Positions 10,169 through 20,167 of a DNA stretch of 64,000 nt are shown here, one piece after another. Origin of the DNA: Thermodesulfobacteriota bacterium (GTDB taxonomy: Bacteria; Desulfobacterota; BSN033; WVXP01; G020346125); contig JBGVTJ010000241.1 of assembly GCA_041862515.1 (NCBI GenBank), positions 1,685 through 65,684 of the forward strand, in the 5' to 3' direction. The notes below the pieces were generated by a model. That model worked only from the letters and a program-made list of their open reading frames with translations, had not been told where the DNA came from and made no database searches. Numbering within the stretch: position 1 is the stretch's first letter; every line of letters begins with the position of its first letter. The position numbers and the translations under genes were made by a program.

Positions 10169-10654
10169 TTAGAAGAATTTCTGCATAGTGGACAGAGATG
10201 ATAATGGTTGAGTGCGAGAAAATTCATGGGTTAACGAAGACTTACTCAATGTGAGAATGATTGTCAGAGAGGGTGGAAAGGCTCGGCTCTCTCCTATGCT
10301 ATTAAAATGAAAAGATCCATAGGAGTCGATAGAAACCCATGTCCTGCCTTCGGATCCAGGATGGAATATGGTTCTTAAGGGATAAGACCTTCTATCCAAT
10401 TTCAGTTGGTATCTGACCTACATGCCATATCAGAAAGAAAGGCAAAACCAGATTATTGGAAAATCCATAACGTACGATTTTAACCTCTCAGGAGCATCCA
10501 ACTCGGCACTATCGCGCCTGAGTTACCGACGAGGGAAACTTGACAGCTCATACTCAACCTTTTTATGCTATCCAAAGAAATTCATCCAGTGGTTGAAGCC
10601 GATATTTCAATGGTGGTTTTATCCCCACGTTTAGACATCCCTTTTTCCAAAAGG

Positions 10655-12177
10655 ATGGAATTATACCGGCTGACCAGGCGAGAGTTCATCAAGGGGGTTG
10701 TCTCAACTGGAGCTTCTGTCTATGTAAGCGGATTGGTTGGCGTCAAATAACCTCTTTCTCGCGAGCATACATTCCGAATTTTCCGAGTAAGAGAATGCCC
10801 GGTCCATGACGGTCAACTCCGTCATTGAGGCCTCGATACCTTGTTAGACCTGCTTGCGGAAAACGGGATGAAGTTCTGCCGAACCGATGGTGGACATCCT
10901 TGGGGAGGGCCGGCAGGTATCATCGATCTCAACGACGTGGTACTCATCAAGGTGAACTGCCAGTGGAAGTGTCGCGGGACAGCAAACACCGACGTCCTGC
11001 GAGGATTGATTTATCGGATTCTTCAACCCCCCGACAGCTTTGATGGAGAGGTAGTGATCTTCGAAAATGCCCAGGGCGTGGGAAGCTTCGACGGGTGCCG
11101 GCGGCATGGGGGGTACTATTCTGATTGGCCTGAAATAGACAATGGAATCTATGCAAACGCTGAGGAGGAGACTATCCTTACCGTGGATTATCTTGGAAAC
11201 ACCGTTTTTAAGGACCAGCACGTAATTCCTCCCTTCTCGATCCCATCCGATCCAACTTCATTTCAGACTCGGATCACTTGACTGACGGCTACCGAAGAAT
11301 ATCAGATTTCTCTTACCCTTGTTTTACTTTTGCGGGAGGGTACCGGAATAGAATTACGGGAAGGAATCTGGAAGGGTTCAGGATACAATACTCATCTAAA
11401 GTTCATCAACATCCCCGTTCTGAAGACACACGAAGGTACTGGCATAACGGGGATTCTGAAACATAGCTACGGCATACTTTCCATGGTCGATGGTTATTCA
11501 GGCATCCGTCATTACAGTGAGTCGGGCACGCAATACGGGAAAATGTGGAGTCTTGTGAGGATTCCTGATTTGAACATTTTCGACTGTATCTGGGTGAGCC
11601 ATGAGAATCTAGGGGGCTACCCACCGGAAACGACTTACCGCACCAATATCCTGCTTGGTGGAACCAATCCGGTCGCGCTCGATTACTACGGGAGTAAGCA
11701 CGTTCTCTTACCCCTTGGTGGCAGCAGAGCGCATGAACACGACCCCGATTCGTTTTCCGGCCTCTTTAATCACCTCACCGGGGCGAGCGACTTCATCAAC
11801 GCCCGCGGCGGGATCGGAGGCGAACCTACCAATGTGGCGGACGATGATATTGAGGTCATCTCGGCGTCGGCTATTTCTTCAGCTGAAGGTGGTTCAACTG
11901 AAGGAGGTAGCGGGAGTGGATGTTTCATTGCAACGGCCGCCTATGGGTCCCGTATGGTAAAAGACGTGAAAGTTCTGGAAGGGTAAGAGATAAGTATCTT
12001 TTGACGAACCGCGTAGGAAGAGCTTTCGTTTCCTTCTATTATAAACAGAGCCCGAAACTAGCCAACCATATCTCAAGTCGCCCTCTCCTGCGAAGCATTG
12101 TCAGGGCTGGTCTTTATCCCTTGGTTCAGGTCGGCGGACTGGTAATCGAAACAGATAAAGATAGAAGGCAGGGTTAG
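10655..12177 (+). pseudogene. Decayed gene: Tat signal peptide + DUF362-like domain + Ser/Gly linker + CFI-box C-terminal domain, interrupted by three in-frame stops and one G-run frameshift
   Basis: MELYRLTRREFIKG Tat motif at 10655; TAA at 10748, TGA at 10826 and TGA at 11279 lie in the same frame as the DUF362-like segments (10841..11281, 11330..11986); GCFIATAAYGS at 11923..11955; the CFI-box continuation (RDKYLLTNRVGRAFVSFYYKQSP...) is in another frame after the GGG run at 11966. Confidence 0.5.
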
Positions 12178-12198
12178 CAATAACCCCTCTCTTTTTTC

Positions 12199-12227
12199 TT
12201 GTTAATCTTGTTCTACTCTGTTATCAT
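12199..12227 (+). promoter_or_regulatory. Sigma-70-like promoter candidate (TTGTTA-17-TATCAT) upstream of the PilZ-sigma4 gene
   Basis: Hexamer spacing read from the sequence; about 220 nt upstream of the ATG at 12445. Confidence 0.3.
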
Positions 12228-12444
12228 AGATAAATACTGAAACCCTATAATATCCGTTAATGTTTGGCAGAAAGCCACGGGTCTAGCGGGGGAGATCCAT
12301 GAGCTTCCAATACACAGCCGGGTTGCCGAAGTAAATAGGTGGCTCGGCTTTCTCATTGGCGTAAATAAACTAGCAACACTACCCCCGATTTCATGATCGC
12401 CCGTATTTCGGGCTCTGAAACCTGATTAATAGGAGGAAATATAC

Positions 12445-13101
12445 ATGCCCGATAAGCGGAAATTTTCTCGCTTTCCCGTGACGGAAACGGTTATTTGCTC
12501 CCGTTATGGGAGAGAGGTGACCATGCGAACCCTAGATATCAGTCTTGGAGGACTGAAACTAGAGGCCAATTTCGATCTAAGGGTTGGTGAGTCCATGATC
12601 TTTTCAATTTTTACCAATAACACGAGAATAAATTGCAAGGGAAAGATCCTTAAAATAGAAGAATTTGGAAATAAGGTTCAAGCCAGGTTGTGTTTCGCTC
12701 CACCCTCGGACTGGGAATATGGGAAACTGTCTGATTATCTAAACGGCCTTTCTCGGAGACCCTTCCAAAGACGGGTAGTTGGTGACCCGGCTCTATTGCT
12801 TCGGAGAGCACTCAGGCGTGCAATGATGAAGGGAGGAAAGTGGGTAAAAAATATTTTCGACGGAAGAGAAGATGAGAAGCTGGAGCAGGTGAATTCATGG
12901 TTGGAATTACTGCCGGATATGGAGAGAACGGTGATTACCCTTCGTTTTGGTTTGGACGGGGAGGATCCTCTCACATCGGAATCCATAGGGAAACGCTTTG
13001 GCTTGCCCCCGGAAAGGACTCGTCAAATCGAAACGGAGGCCATAGAGAAACTCCGAAAGATCAGCAAAAAGAAAGAGATCTACTTGGATGATATAATCTG
13101 A
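12445..13101 (+). CDS. PilZ domain fused to a sigma-70 region 4 (ECF-type HTH) DNA-binding domain
   Basis: PilZ motifs RKFSR (RxxxR) and DISLGG (DxSxxG) at the N-terminus; C-terminal ERTVITLRFGLDGEDPLTSESIGKRFGLPPERTRQIETEAIEKLRK is a typical sigma-70 region 4; RBS AGGAGG. Confidence 0.7.
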   Translation: MPDKRKFSRFPVTETVICSRYGREVTMRTLDISLGGLKLEANFDLRVGESMIFSIFTNNTRINCKGKILKIEEFGNKVQARLCFAPPSDWEYGKLSDYLNGLSRRPFQRRVVGDPALLLRRALRRAMMKGGKWVKNIFDGREDEKLEQVNSWLELLPDMERTVITLRFGLDGEDPLTSESIGKRFGLPPERTRQIETEAIEKLRKISKKKEIYLDDII

Positions 13102-13258
13102 ATTGTGAGTAAAGATGAGTCGATGGATAAGGTTAAGAAGCTACCTTTCTGGTGGACGAATTGAAATCTGAAGGGATTTTTCGTCAAGGACCTACATTCG
13201 GAGCAACTTCACGGTACTCCGCTTCACCTTTATTGTCGAGATAGCCTGACAGCAGGCA

Positions 13259-13666
13259 TCAACCCCTGGCAAGTTTCATCCAGTAGGCCGCGGCCACTCC
13301 CCAGAAGGCATTGAAAAATAATACAAACAGGGGAGTCATGGTTCCCAGATCCAATCCCATCATGCCCTTGCCTGCCTTATATGGGAATACAACGAAGAGT
13401 TGAGCTAGCGAAGGCCCCAGACTCAGAATGAGTCCCGTTTTCAACGTCGATCTCGCCGACAGGGGAAGAAGAAAGAGAACCCCCCAGATCCCCCCCCAAA
13501 CGATACGTGGATAGAGCCATGGAAGGGAGAGGTGAGGGGTCAGTCTCACGCCAAACCGGGCGGTCAGGCCGTAATTGCCGCACAATACTACCACCAGGCT
13601 GTTCACGAGCCCCCCAAAACAGCCCGCCGCAAATACTTGACTCAACCTGGAAAAGAGAGATCTCAA
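13259..13666 (-). CDS. Small integral membrane protein (hypothetical)
   Basis: 135 aa with four predicted hydrophobic spans. Confidence 0.45.
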   Translation of the reverse strand: MRSLFSRLSQVFAAGCFGGLVNSLVVVLCGNYGLTARFGVRLTPHLSLPWLYPRIVWGGIWGVLFLLPLSARSTLKTGLILSLGPSLAQLFVVFPYKAGKGMMGLDLGTMTPLFVLFFNAFWGVAAAYWMKLARG

Positions 13667-13692
13667 GGGGTCCCCTTCTTATCCGGTCCGGT

Positions 13693-13965
13693 CTAGCGAG
13701 CGGCGCCCTTGAGTTCCTTCGCCGGTGAGAACTTAGGAACAGTCTTAGCCGGAATATTGATGGTCTGGCCAGTTCGGGGATTCCGACCTGTCCTGGCCTT
13801 GCGCGTCGAGGTGCTAAAACTCCCCAGACCCGGCAGGGCAATTCTTTCCCTTCGCTTGATGCAGCCCTGAATCGAATCGGTAACACATTTGAGAGCCCTC
13901 TCCGCTGCCGCCTTGGTGATGCCTGCATTGTTCGCCATCTTTGCAACAAGATCTGCCTTTGTCAT
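13693..13965 (-). CDS. hup: HU family DNA-binding protein
   Basis: 90 aa, MTKADLVAKMA...GLGSFSTSTRKARTGRNPRTGQTINIPA signature. Confidence 0.9.
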   Translation of the reverse strand: MTKADLVAKMANNAGITKAAAERALKCVTDSIQGCIKRRERIALPGLGSFSTSTRKARTGRNPRTGQTINIPAKTVPKFSPAKELKGAAR

Positions 13966-14006
13966 ACCGTTTCCTCCTTTCGCTTGAGAGACGGTTGCCT
14001 CCTTTT

Positions 14007-15236
14007 TTAGAAAATAAGATTACCGGTTCTTTTCCCTAAGATCAAGGGTTTTTTGTGGGTCCAGGAAAAAAATTTTTTCCCCGGAAGGAAGAAAGCGAGA
14101 ACAAGAGCCGTGATAGGCAGATAGAAGAGAAAGCCCATTGCCTGCTCCATGCCGAAATTATCAGCAAGAACTCCCGTCCCAAACACGCCCAATCCCGCCA
14201 TTCCCCATGCAAACCCCATAATCAACCCTGACATGGTTCCTCCCCTTCCCGGAACCGTCTCCAGAGCCATGATAATACATGGCGATTCCCCCAGGAAAAA
14301 GGAGAACCCGAGGAGGGCGAGGCAGATAAAGCTCCAACGGGTCGGCACATGAAGAAAACCATAGAATGCCGGAATCACCAGGAGAAAGGAGAGAAGCACC
14401 ATCCTCTTTCGGCCGAGCCGATCCGAGAACGATCCCCCGGCGAACCCACCCAAGGCTCCGCAAATCATAAAAAGCGTGAAGGAACCGCCGCCTGCCACCA
14501 GAGAGAACCCTCTCACGGTCTGAAGGGTGGGTAGGAAAGTTGCCAGGCTAAGAATGGCTGTCGATCTCAGCCAAACAACGAGCCATAAAACGGAGAATGG
14601 CACCAAGTCCTTAAGGCGCAGCGCATTCTGTTGCGCCGCTTCTCCCCGGGTCGTGGGCAAGGGAAGAGCGCTTTTTGGGAGATACCGGACTAAGAGCAGG
14701 ACGAAAATGACTGCTGGTAGGAGAGCTACATAACTCCTTCTCAGGTCCAGGCCGATAACGATGGCAAGAATAATCATCGGCCCAAGGCCGTAACCCACAT
14801 TTCCCCCAACCATGAAGAGAGAAACCCCCAGTCCCTTCCTCGGACCGCTGAAATGGCTCGCCAATGCAGCGGCTTGGGGATGAAAGCAGGCAGTCCCCAA
14901 TCCGCCGAACACCAAAAAGGGGATAAGTGAGGCATAGCTGGGAAGAAGACCGATGAAGCTCATCCCTACGGCTGCCATGATGGGCCCCCAGAACATGAGG
15001 TTTTTTCCTCCGATTCTGTCCGAGAGAATGCCAAAGAGAGGCTGGCTCAAAGAAGCCGAGAACATGAGGATGGAGGCGAGCAGACTGGCCAGGGTAAGGG
15101 ACAATTTGAGCCTTTCGATGAGCAGCGGGAGAAGTGCAGCCAGAAAAGGAGGATAGAGATCAACAACTAGATGTCCCAGCGATAGGAGTGCCACCTTGGC
15201 CATGTCAATCCGATGGAGTGTTGGGGTGTTTGCCAT
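14007..15236 (-). CDS. MFS transporter
   Basis: 409 aa with about 12 TM segments and major facilitator family loops. Confidence 0.8.
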   Translation of the reverse strand: MANTPTLHRIDMAKVALLSLGHLVVDLYPPFLAALLPLLIERLKLSLTLASLLASILMFSASLSQPLFGILSDRIGGKNLMFWGPIMAAVGMSFIGLLPSYASLIPFLVFGGLGTACFHPQAAALASHFSGPRKGLGVSLFMVGGNVGYGLGPMIILAIVIGLDLRRSYVALLPAVIFVLLLVRYLPKSALPLPTTRGEAAQQNALRLKDLVPFSVLWLVVWLRSTAILSLATFLPTLQTVRGFSLVAGGGSFTLFMICGALGGFAGGSFSDRLGRKRMVLLSFLLVIPAFYGFLHVPTRWSFICLALLGFSFFLGESPCIIMALETVPGRGGTMSGLIMGFAWGMAGLGVFGTGVLADNFGMEQAMGFLFYLPITALVLAFFLPGKKFFSWTHKKPLILGKRTGNLIF

Positions 15237-15715
15237 GTATAACTCCTCAGGCCGGATATGAGCCGTCCCCGCGGTATACCAACGTTTTTTTGGTCTGCTT
15301 GGTACTCATACCACAAAGGGTGGAGTTTTTTCCAGGTTTGGGTCTCAAGGCCACATGAGCCGTGGTCGGTGGTCACAATCGAATCTTTCCCAAAACCATT
15401 GGCCAGGGTTTGACGCAGTACCTATTTACCTTGAATATTTATGATGGTGGCCTAAAATTTGCTAGAGAATGCGAGGGGACCAGTTGTATCCACAAAGGGC
15501 GTTTCCTCTCGGGATAGTCCATTCCGCAATGTATCTGATCGAGGAGCACGAAGAAAAGAATAATGTTAAGATATAATGAACTAATGGATATCTGATGGTC
15601 AGTACCGATGGTATTCAAAAACAATTTTTCGGGACGAGAGGGAAAGATATGGTGCTGATTGAACCCTCGAACAGTGAGCAAAGAGAGGGTAACAATCGGG
15701 GAAAGGAGATCTTAA

Positions 15716-16147
15716 ATGATGGGAAAGGGAGATATCAAATCGGGTGATCTCGAAGCCTTTCTGGGCAGGAATACCTCTTTTGAGGGGAAGATGAGCTTTG
15801 AAGGGATGGTAAGGCTCGACGGTAGATTCGATGGGGAGATTTTCTCCGGGGATGTCCTCATCATCGGTGAGACGGCAGTCGTCAATGCGAAAATCAAAGT
15901 AGGTACTCTCCTCGTCGACGGAAAGGTGACTGGCAACGTCCATACGAGCGATAAAATCGAGATCCATTCTACCGGAAAGCTGAATGGAGATATCAATACT
16001 GGCGTTCTGGTTATCGAAGAGGGCGGGATTTTCGACGGAACCTGTAAAATGGACAAAGGAGTCGAGGAAGCAGCCAAGAAGGTGACCCCCTTTAAGGAGA
16101 GGGAGGCCGAAGGGGAGAAGGCTGTTGATCTCCAGGATGAGGGTTAA
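15716..16147 (+). CDS. Bactofilin family cytoskeletal protein
   Basis: DUF583 beta-helix repeats (FEGKMSFEGMVRLDGRFDGEIFSGDVLIIGETAVVNAKIKVGTLLVDGKVTGNV). Confidence 0.85.
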   Translation: MMGKGDIKSGDLEAFLGRNTSFEGKMSFEGMVRLDGRFDGEIFSGDVLIIGETAVVNAKIKVGTLLVDGKVTGNVHTSDKIEIHSTGKLNGDINTGVLVIEEGGIFDGTCKMDKGVEEAAKKVTPFKEREAEGEKAVDLQDEG

Positions 16148-16302
16148 CAGCTGTCGTCGCGTTCCTCCTGAAATTCGGCTATGGATGAATCTCGCGACCC
16201 AGTTAACCCAATAGACGAGATAAATGAAATAAACCCGATAAACCCCTCCATGTCTCGAAGGACCTATTGGCCCCGTTTCCCGTTCGAAGAGTTTTACCTC
16301 TT

Positions 16303-17601
16303 TCAAGAGAGATGTTCTCCCCGGTTGAAAAAACGCCTAAAACCTTCCCTGTCCTCAGAGGCCGCTGAGATGCGCCTCAACCCTTCTTTCAAAGATTCCG
16401 TCTCCGTGGCAAAGGAGAGCCGCAAATAGTGGAAGTCATCGGCTCCAACCCGACCAAAGGATTTCCGATCCATGGTCGCCACCTGATATTCGAACAGCAA
16501 GAACATCTGTAAGAGGGTCGAAGGACTCGTCTCCCCTCTGAGGTCGGGGGGAAGACTCCGAAACGCATCCATAATCCCCAGATTCTCGCAAACTTCCCCG
16601 ATGTTCGGGAAAACATAGAACGCCCCTTTCGGCTTTTGGCAGCGAATCCCCTTGACCCCATTCAATCCATCGACGATTAAGTCCCTCCGCTCCTGGAAAA
16701 TCGTTACCATGTGACGTATGGAATCCCCGCTGCGTGGTGACTCAAGAGCGATGCGAGCCCCTTCCTGGTTGTAGGGAGGAATACAGGAGAAATAGTTGAT
16801 ATTGAGGTTCGTGAAGACCTCAGCTTCCTCCACCGTTGGAAACAGAGCCCAACCGATTCTGCCCCCGGTCCAGGAAAAACTCTTCGAAGCCCCACTGAGC
16901 AGGATAGTAACCTTCTCCATCCCCGGACAGGAAATGATACTGTGATGCTCGCCGTCATCGAATAGGATGTGCTCATACACTTCATCGGAAAACACACGAA
17001 TCTCTCCAGAACATCGCGTTCGAACCACATCAGCTAAGTCTCGAAGTTGTTCTGGAGAGGCCACACCCCCTGTGGGATTCGAGGGGAAATTAAGAAAGAT
17101 CATCTTTGTCTTATCGGTGATGAGGGGGACAACATCCATTCCTGAAAGGGTAAAGTTCCTCTCCTCGCTCAAATGTACGGGAACGGGTTGAGCCCCCAAA
17201 TAGGTGATGAAGGATTCATAGATGGGAAAACCCGGACTGGGATAGATGATCTCATCTCCTGGATTGCAATAGGTTTGTTGGCATAAACCGATGGCAGGTT
17301 TAGCACCAGGAAACACGACAACCCGATCAGCCGTCGCGCGAATCCCCCGTGTTTCGGTAAGGTAGTTGGCAATGGCGACCCGGAGTGAAGGGATGCCCTG
17401 GGGATCACAATAATGGGTATTATCCCGATCAAGCTGCCTTTTGACCTCCTCCTTGATAAATTTGGGAACGGGAAAATCCGGCTCCCCCAGATTACACTTG
17501 ATGACCTCTTTCCCCTGTTCCTCAAGGGTCCGGATTAAAGGCCCTATTTTGAAAGCATTCTCAGTATCGATCAGCCCAACCCTCTTGGCGAAAAGACCCA
17601 T
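16303..17601 (-). CDS. Class I/II PLP-dependent aminotransferase (aspartate / LL-DAP aminotransferase-like)
   Basis: SGASKSFSWTGGRIG PLP-lysine block; start placed at the ATG at 17601, which has RBS AAGGAG, rather than the longer ORF. Confidence 0.8.
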   Translation of the reverse strand: MGLFAKRVGLIDTENAFKIGPLIRTLEEQGKEVIKCNLGEPDFPVPKFIKEEVKRQLDRDNTHYCDPQGIPSLRVAIANYLTETRGIRATADRVVVFPGAKPAIGLCQQTYCNPGDEIIYPSPGFPIYESFITYLGAQPVPVHLSEERNFTLSGMDVVPLITDKTKMIFLNFPSNPTGGVASPEQLRDLADVVRTRCSGEIRVFSDEVYEHILFDDGEHHSIISCPGMEKVTILLSGASKSFSWTGGRIGWALFPTVEEAEVFTNLNINYFSCIPPYNQEGARIALESPRSGDSIRHMVTIFQERRDLIVDGLNGVKGIRCQKPKGAFYVFPNIGEVCENLGIMDAFRSLPPDLRGETSPSTLLQMFLLFEYQVATMDRKSFGRVGADDFHYLRLSFATETESLKEGLRRISAASEDREGFRRFFNRGEHLS

Positions 17602-17767
17602 AGCGTGCTCCTTTTTCCTCTCTCGCGTGAAAATTGCCATTCCAAAATAATAATAAATCGGAAAATGTTCAAGTCCTTTTAGGAAAAGGGATGGCATTCC
17701 CTCAGCCATTCTTTAAAAAGAATAAAATTATCAATTAAATATCAAGGGGTTGTTGCCGAAATCCCTG

Positions 17768-18084
17768 GAGCGAGCATTAAAGAATTTTTGGTAACCATTC
17801 TTAGTGCTTCGATTCGCAAATACAATGACGTATTTTCTAGAGCAAGATCTGAGCAAATGCTCACTCAGCGATAAGTCTTGAGGGCTTCGACTGAGACATG
17901 TCGACGAACTCATGTCGAGTCGCTCAGCCGAAGTCTAAATTTGTTCGTAACCGAACTTATGCATCGAAAGACTTAGTGAAGCGAAACGGTCGCAAAGCCA
18001 TTGTCTGAGCCCAGAGGGGGAGTTTTGGGTTTGCAGTGAAGCGAACCTTACGCTAGAATGATCAAAAATTCTTTTCAGAGAGCG
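17768..18084. repeat. MITE-like dispersed repeat, long copy (family 1: inverted ends ttttggtaaccattct ... agaatg..aaaaa, internal gtgaagcgaa direct repeats)
   Basis: Shares ends and internal blocks with 26895..27091, 50862..51031 and 53107..53176. Confidence 0.5.
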
Positions 18085-18472
18085 AAAGGGTATTTGGGCA
18101 ACAGCCTGTTTTATGATTTTCAATGAATTAGGTGAAATAATACCTCAATACTCTGCGATGAAGCCTCATGTCGGTCTCGGTGGCTGATGGACTGACCCCC
18201 CAGGACCATCGATGGAAACAGGGCTGTGAAATAACCCAACCCGGCCCCGGAAAAATGGTCCCACAAGGAAGACACGGTTCATAAGACAATCGATGAAATG
18301 AAAAGAAGCGGGGAGAAGCTCCGATGGACCCGGCTGGATAAATCGAACTTTTGGTCCATAGGGTGAAAAGGGGAGGAGAAAAATATGGGAATCGGATTGG
18401 GAGGGATTGGCGGAAGGACCATTGCTCCCAGTGAGATTTGGAGGCAATGAAAAGTCCTCTACGAGAGGAAAA

Positions 18473-18898
18473 CTAACTATTCAACCGGTTGAGGAATTTT
18501 TCAGGCATGCTACTGGGATTTCCCCTTTTATTGAGGCAGAGATGCCGAGTCTCCCCATACACAATTACCTCCTGGGTCTCCTTTCTCAGTATTCTATAGC
18601 CAAAGGTTACCATCCGCGTTTTCAGATCCTTCAGATGAGTCCGGACAACGATCAGCTCATCGTATTTGACCGATCCCTTATACCTGCAGCGAAGGTCCAC
18701 CACCACCAGCCTGTACCCCATTCCCTCAAGCTCCCTGTAGCTGAAGCCCTTTGCCCGACAGTACTCAGACCGTCCCACTTCGAACCAGACAACATAACTG
18801 CCGTAATAGGCCACTCCCATCTGATCCGTTTCGGCATAGCGTACCCGAACATCAACATCCACATAATCCCTACGATCGACCTCCTTATCCACGGTCAT
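18473..18898 (-). CDS. YbgC/4HBT-family acyl-CoA thioesterase
   Basis: Hotdog fold with the YVVWFEVGRSEY block. Confidence 0.8.
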   Translation of the reverse strand: MTVDKEVDRRDYVDVDVRVRYAETDQMGVAYYGSYVVWFEVGRSEYCRAKGFSYRELEGMGYRLVVVDLRCRYKGSVKYDELIVVRTHLKDLKTRMVTFGYRILRKETQEVIVYGETRHLCLNKRGNPSSMPEKFLNRLNS

Positions 18899-19006
18899 AC
18901 TCTCGCCATGAGCTACTATCTCTGTTAAACCCTGGAGAAATTCCGTTTATCATTAACGAATAACCAACCGCGGCTTGGGAAACTAAGATATCCCCAAACC
19001 TTTTCA

Positions 19007-19297
19007 TCATTGATCGAACTGGTAGACTATCTCACCCTTTTTTACCAAACCGAGTTCCCTTCGGGCCAGTTCCTCGATGTATTTCTTATTGATCCTCAAA
19101 TTGTCGATCTCGGCTCTCAACTTATCATTCTCTTTCCGCAATTCCGTATTTACCCTTTCGATCTCCTTCAATTCCCTCCTCAGACGGTAGACCTGCAAAA
19201 GTCCCTTATCCCCGAAAAAGGTAAAGAAGATCATCACCGAAACGAGCAAGAGTATCGTAACGAGGATTCTCTTGTTATACCCCTTTAAAGGGTCCAT
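19007..19297 (-). CDS. ftsB: Cell division protein FtsB/DivIC (septum formation initiator)
   Basis: N-terminal TM helix then a coiled coil (LRRELKEIERVNTELRKENDKLRAEIDNL) and an ELARRELGL tail. Confidence 0.75.
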   Translation of the reverse strand: MDPLKGYNKRILVTILLLVSVMIFFTFFGDKGLLQVYRLRRELKEIERVNTELRKENDKLRAEIDNLRINKKYIEELARRELGLVKKGEIVYQFDQ

Positions 19298-19309
19298 GTC
19301 CTTTTGCCT

Positions 19310-20149
19310 CTATTCAAACCTGAATTTGACTGTAATGGTCCCCCATTGATCAACCGTTTGCCCACCTTCGTCCAATGAATTGAATCGCCATTGCTTAATG
19401 TAGTTTATGGAGATTCGCTCCAATTCCGCATCTCCTCTGAGAATGGATAACACCCTCCCCACCGATCCATCGGGTAGCACCCAAAACTTCAATTCCACTT
19501 CTCCTTCCCTCTCGATCTTCACCTCGGGGATTTCCGGTTTATAGAGGATTTTCCTTTTGCCGGCCGGCCCCTTGATTCCAATGGAATCCTTCTTTATACC
19601 GTGGACAGAAGGCTTCTTGGATCGGTCTTTTACTATTATCCGGGCAATGATATGCTCGGTTCCCTTATCCTCGAGGATCTGTCTTCTGGGAACCTTAATC
19701 TCCGCCACGTCCATGGACAACATCTTCCCCCTATAATCACCCAGTGGCATTGAGGATTCACGGAATAATCTGCCCAAATCCTTGAAAAAGGGGGAACTTC
19801 TCAATAATCTAACCCTTTCCTCGGGAGTGGTCTTCTCCTTCCGTTGGGGAACGATAAAAGAGGGACTCGGAACATCGATACTCTCCCCCAAGCTCAGCTC
19901 TTTCAACTTGCTCATGAGGAAATCCTCACGTCTTTTCCGATCATCACCGAGGAATTGCTCGATGGACTTCTCCTCTCGTCTTTCCCCTCCTTCCATCCTC
20001 TTAAGGAAAGGCTCTAAGTAGAGCTGCTTCGGTTCCACTAACTCGATCGGGAAAATCCTCAACTTGGTCACCGCGAAATAATTGGGCACAAACAACAACA
20101 AGCTAAAGTGAATGAGGATAGATACTACTATGAAAAGAAATAATTTCAT
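19310..20149 (-). CDS. TonB/TolA family energy-transducer protein
   Basis: N-terminal TM helix, a Lys/Glu/Pro-rich middle, and a TonB-C-like end (ELKFWVLPDGSVGRVLSILRG). Confidence 0.6.
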   Translation of the reverse strand: MKLFLFIVVSILIHFSLLLFVPNYFAVTKLRIFPIELVEPKQLYLEPFLKRMEGGERREEKSIEQFLGDDRKRREDFLMSKLKELSLGESIDVPSPSFIVPQRKEKTTPEERVRLLRSSPFFKDLGRLFRESSMPLGDYRGKMLSMDVAEIKVPRRQILEDKGTEHIIARIIVKDRSKKPSVHGIKKDSIGIKGPAGKRKILYKPEIPEVKIEREGEVELKFWVLPDGSVGRVLSILRGDAELERISINYIKQWRFNSLDEGGQTVDQWGTITVKFRFE

Positions 20150-20167
20150 GGAGATAATTCCTGGAAT

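Noticed and set aside
11279-11281. In-frame TGA inside the DUF362-like domain as a possible selenocysteine codon
   Set aside because: No convincing SECIS-like hairpin within about 40 nt downstream. The same gene also has an in-frame TAA and a second TGA upstream, so gene decay is the simpler explanation
12250-12345. Possible c-di-GMP (GEMM) riboswitch upstream of the PilZ-sigma4 gene (partial stem gaaagcc...ggctttc)
   Set aside because: The conserved GEMM sequence features (GGCAAACC / GCAAAGC blocks) are absent; only a weak imperfect hairpin is present
13660-13692. Strong intrinsic terminator after hup (aaggggtcccctt)
   Set aside because: The stem is only 4-6 bp with a minimal loop and has no clear U-tract; too weak to call
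16181-16429. 82-aa ORF after the bactofilin gene
   Set aside because: It overlaps the C-terminal coding region of the class I/II aminotransferase on the opposite strand and has an unconvincing composition
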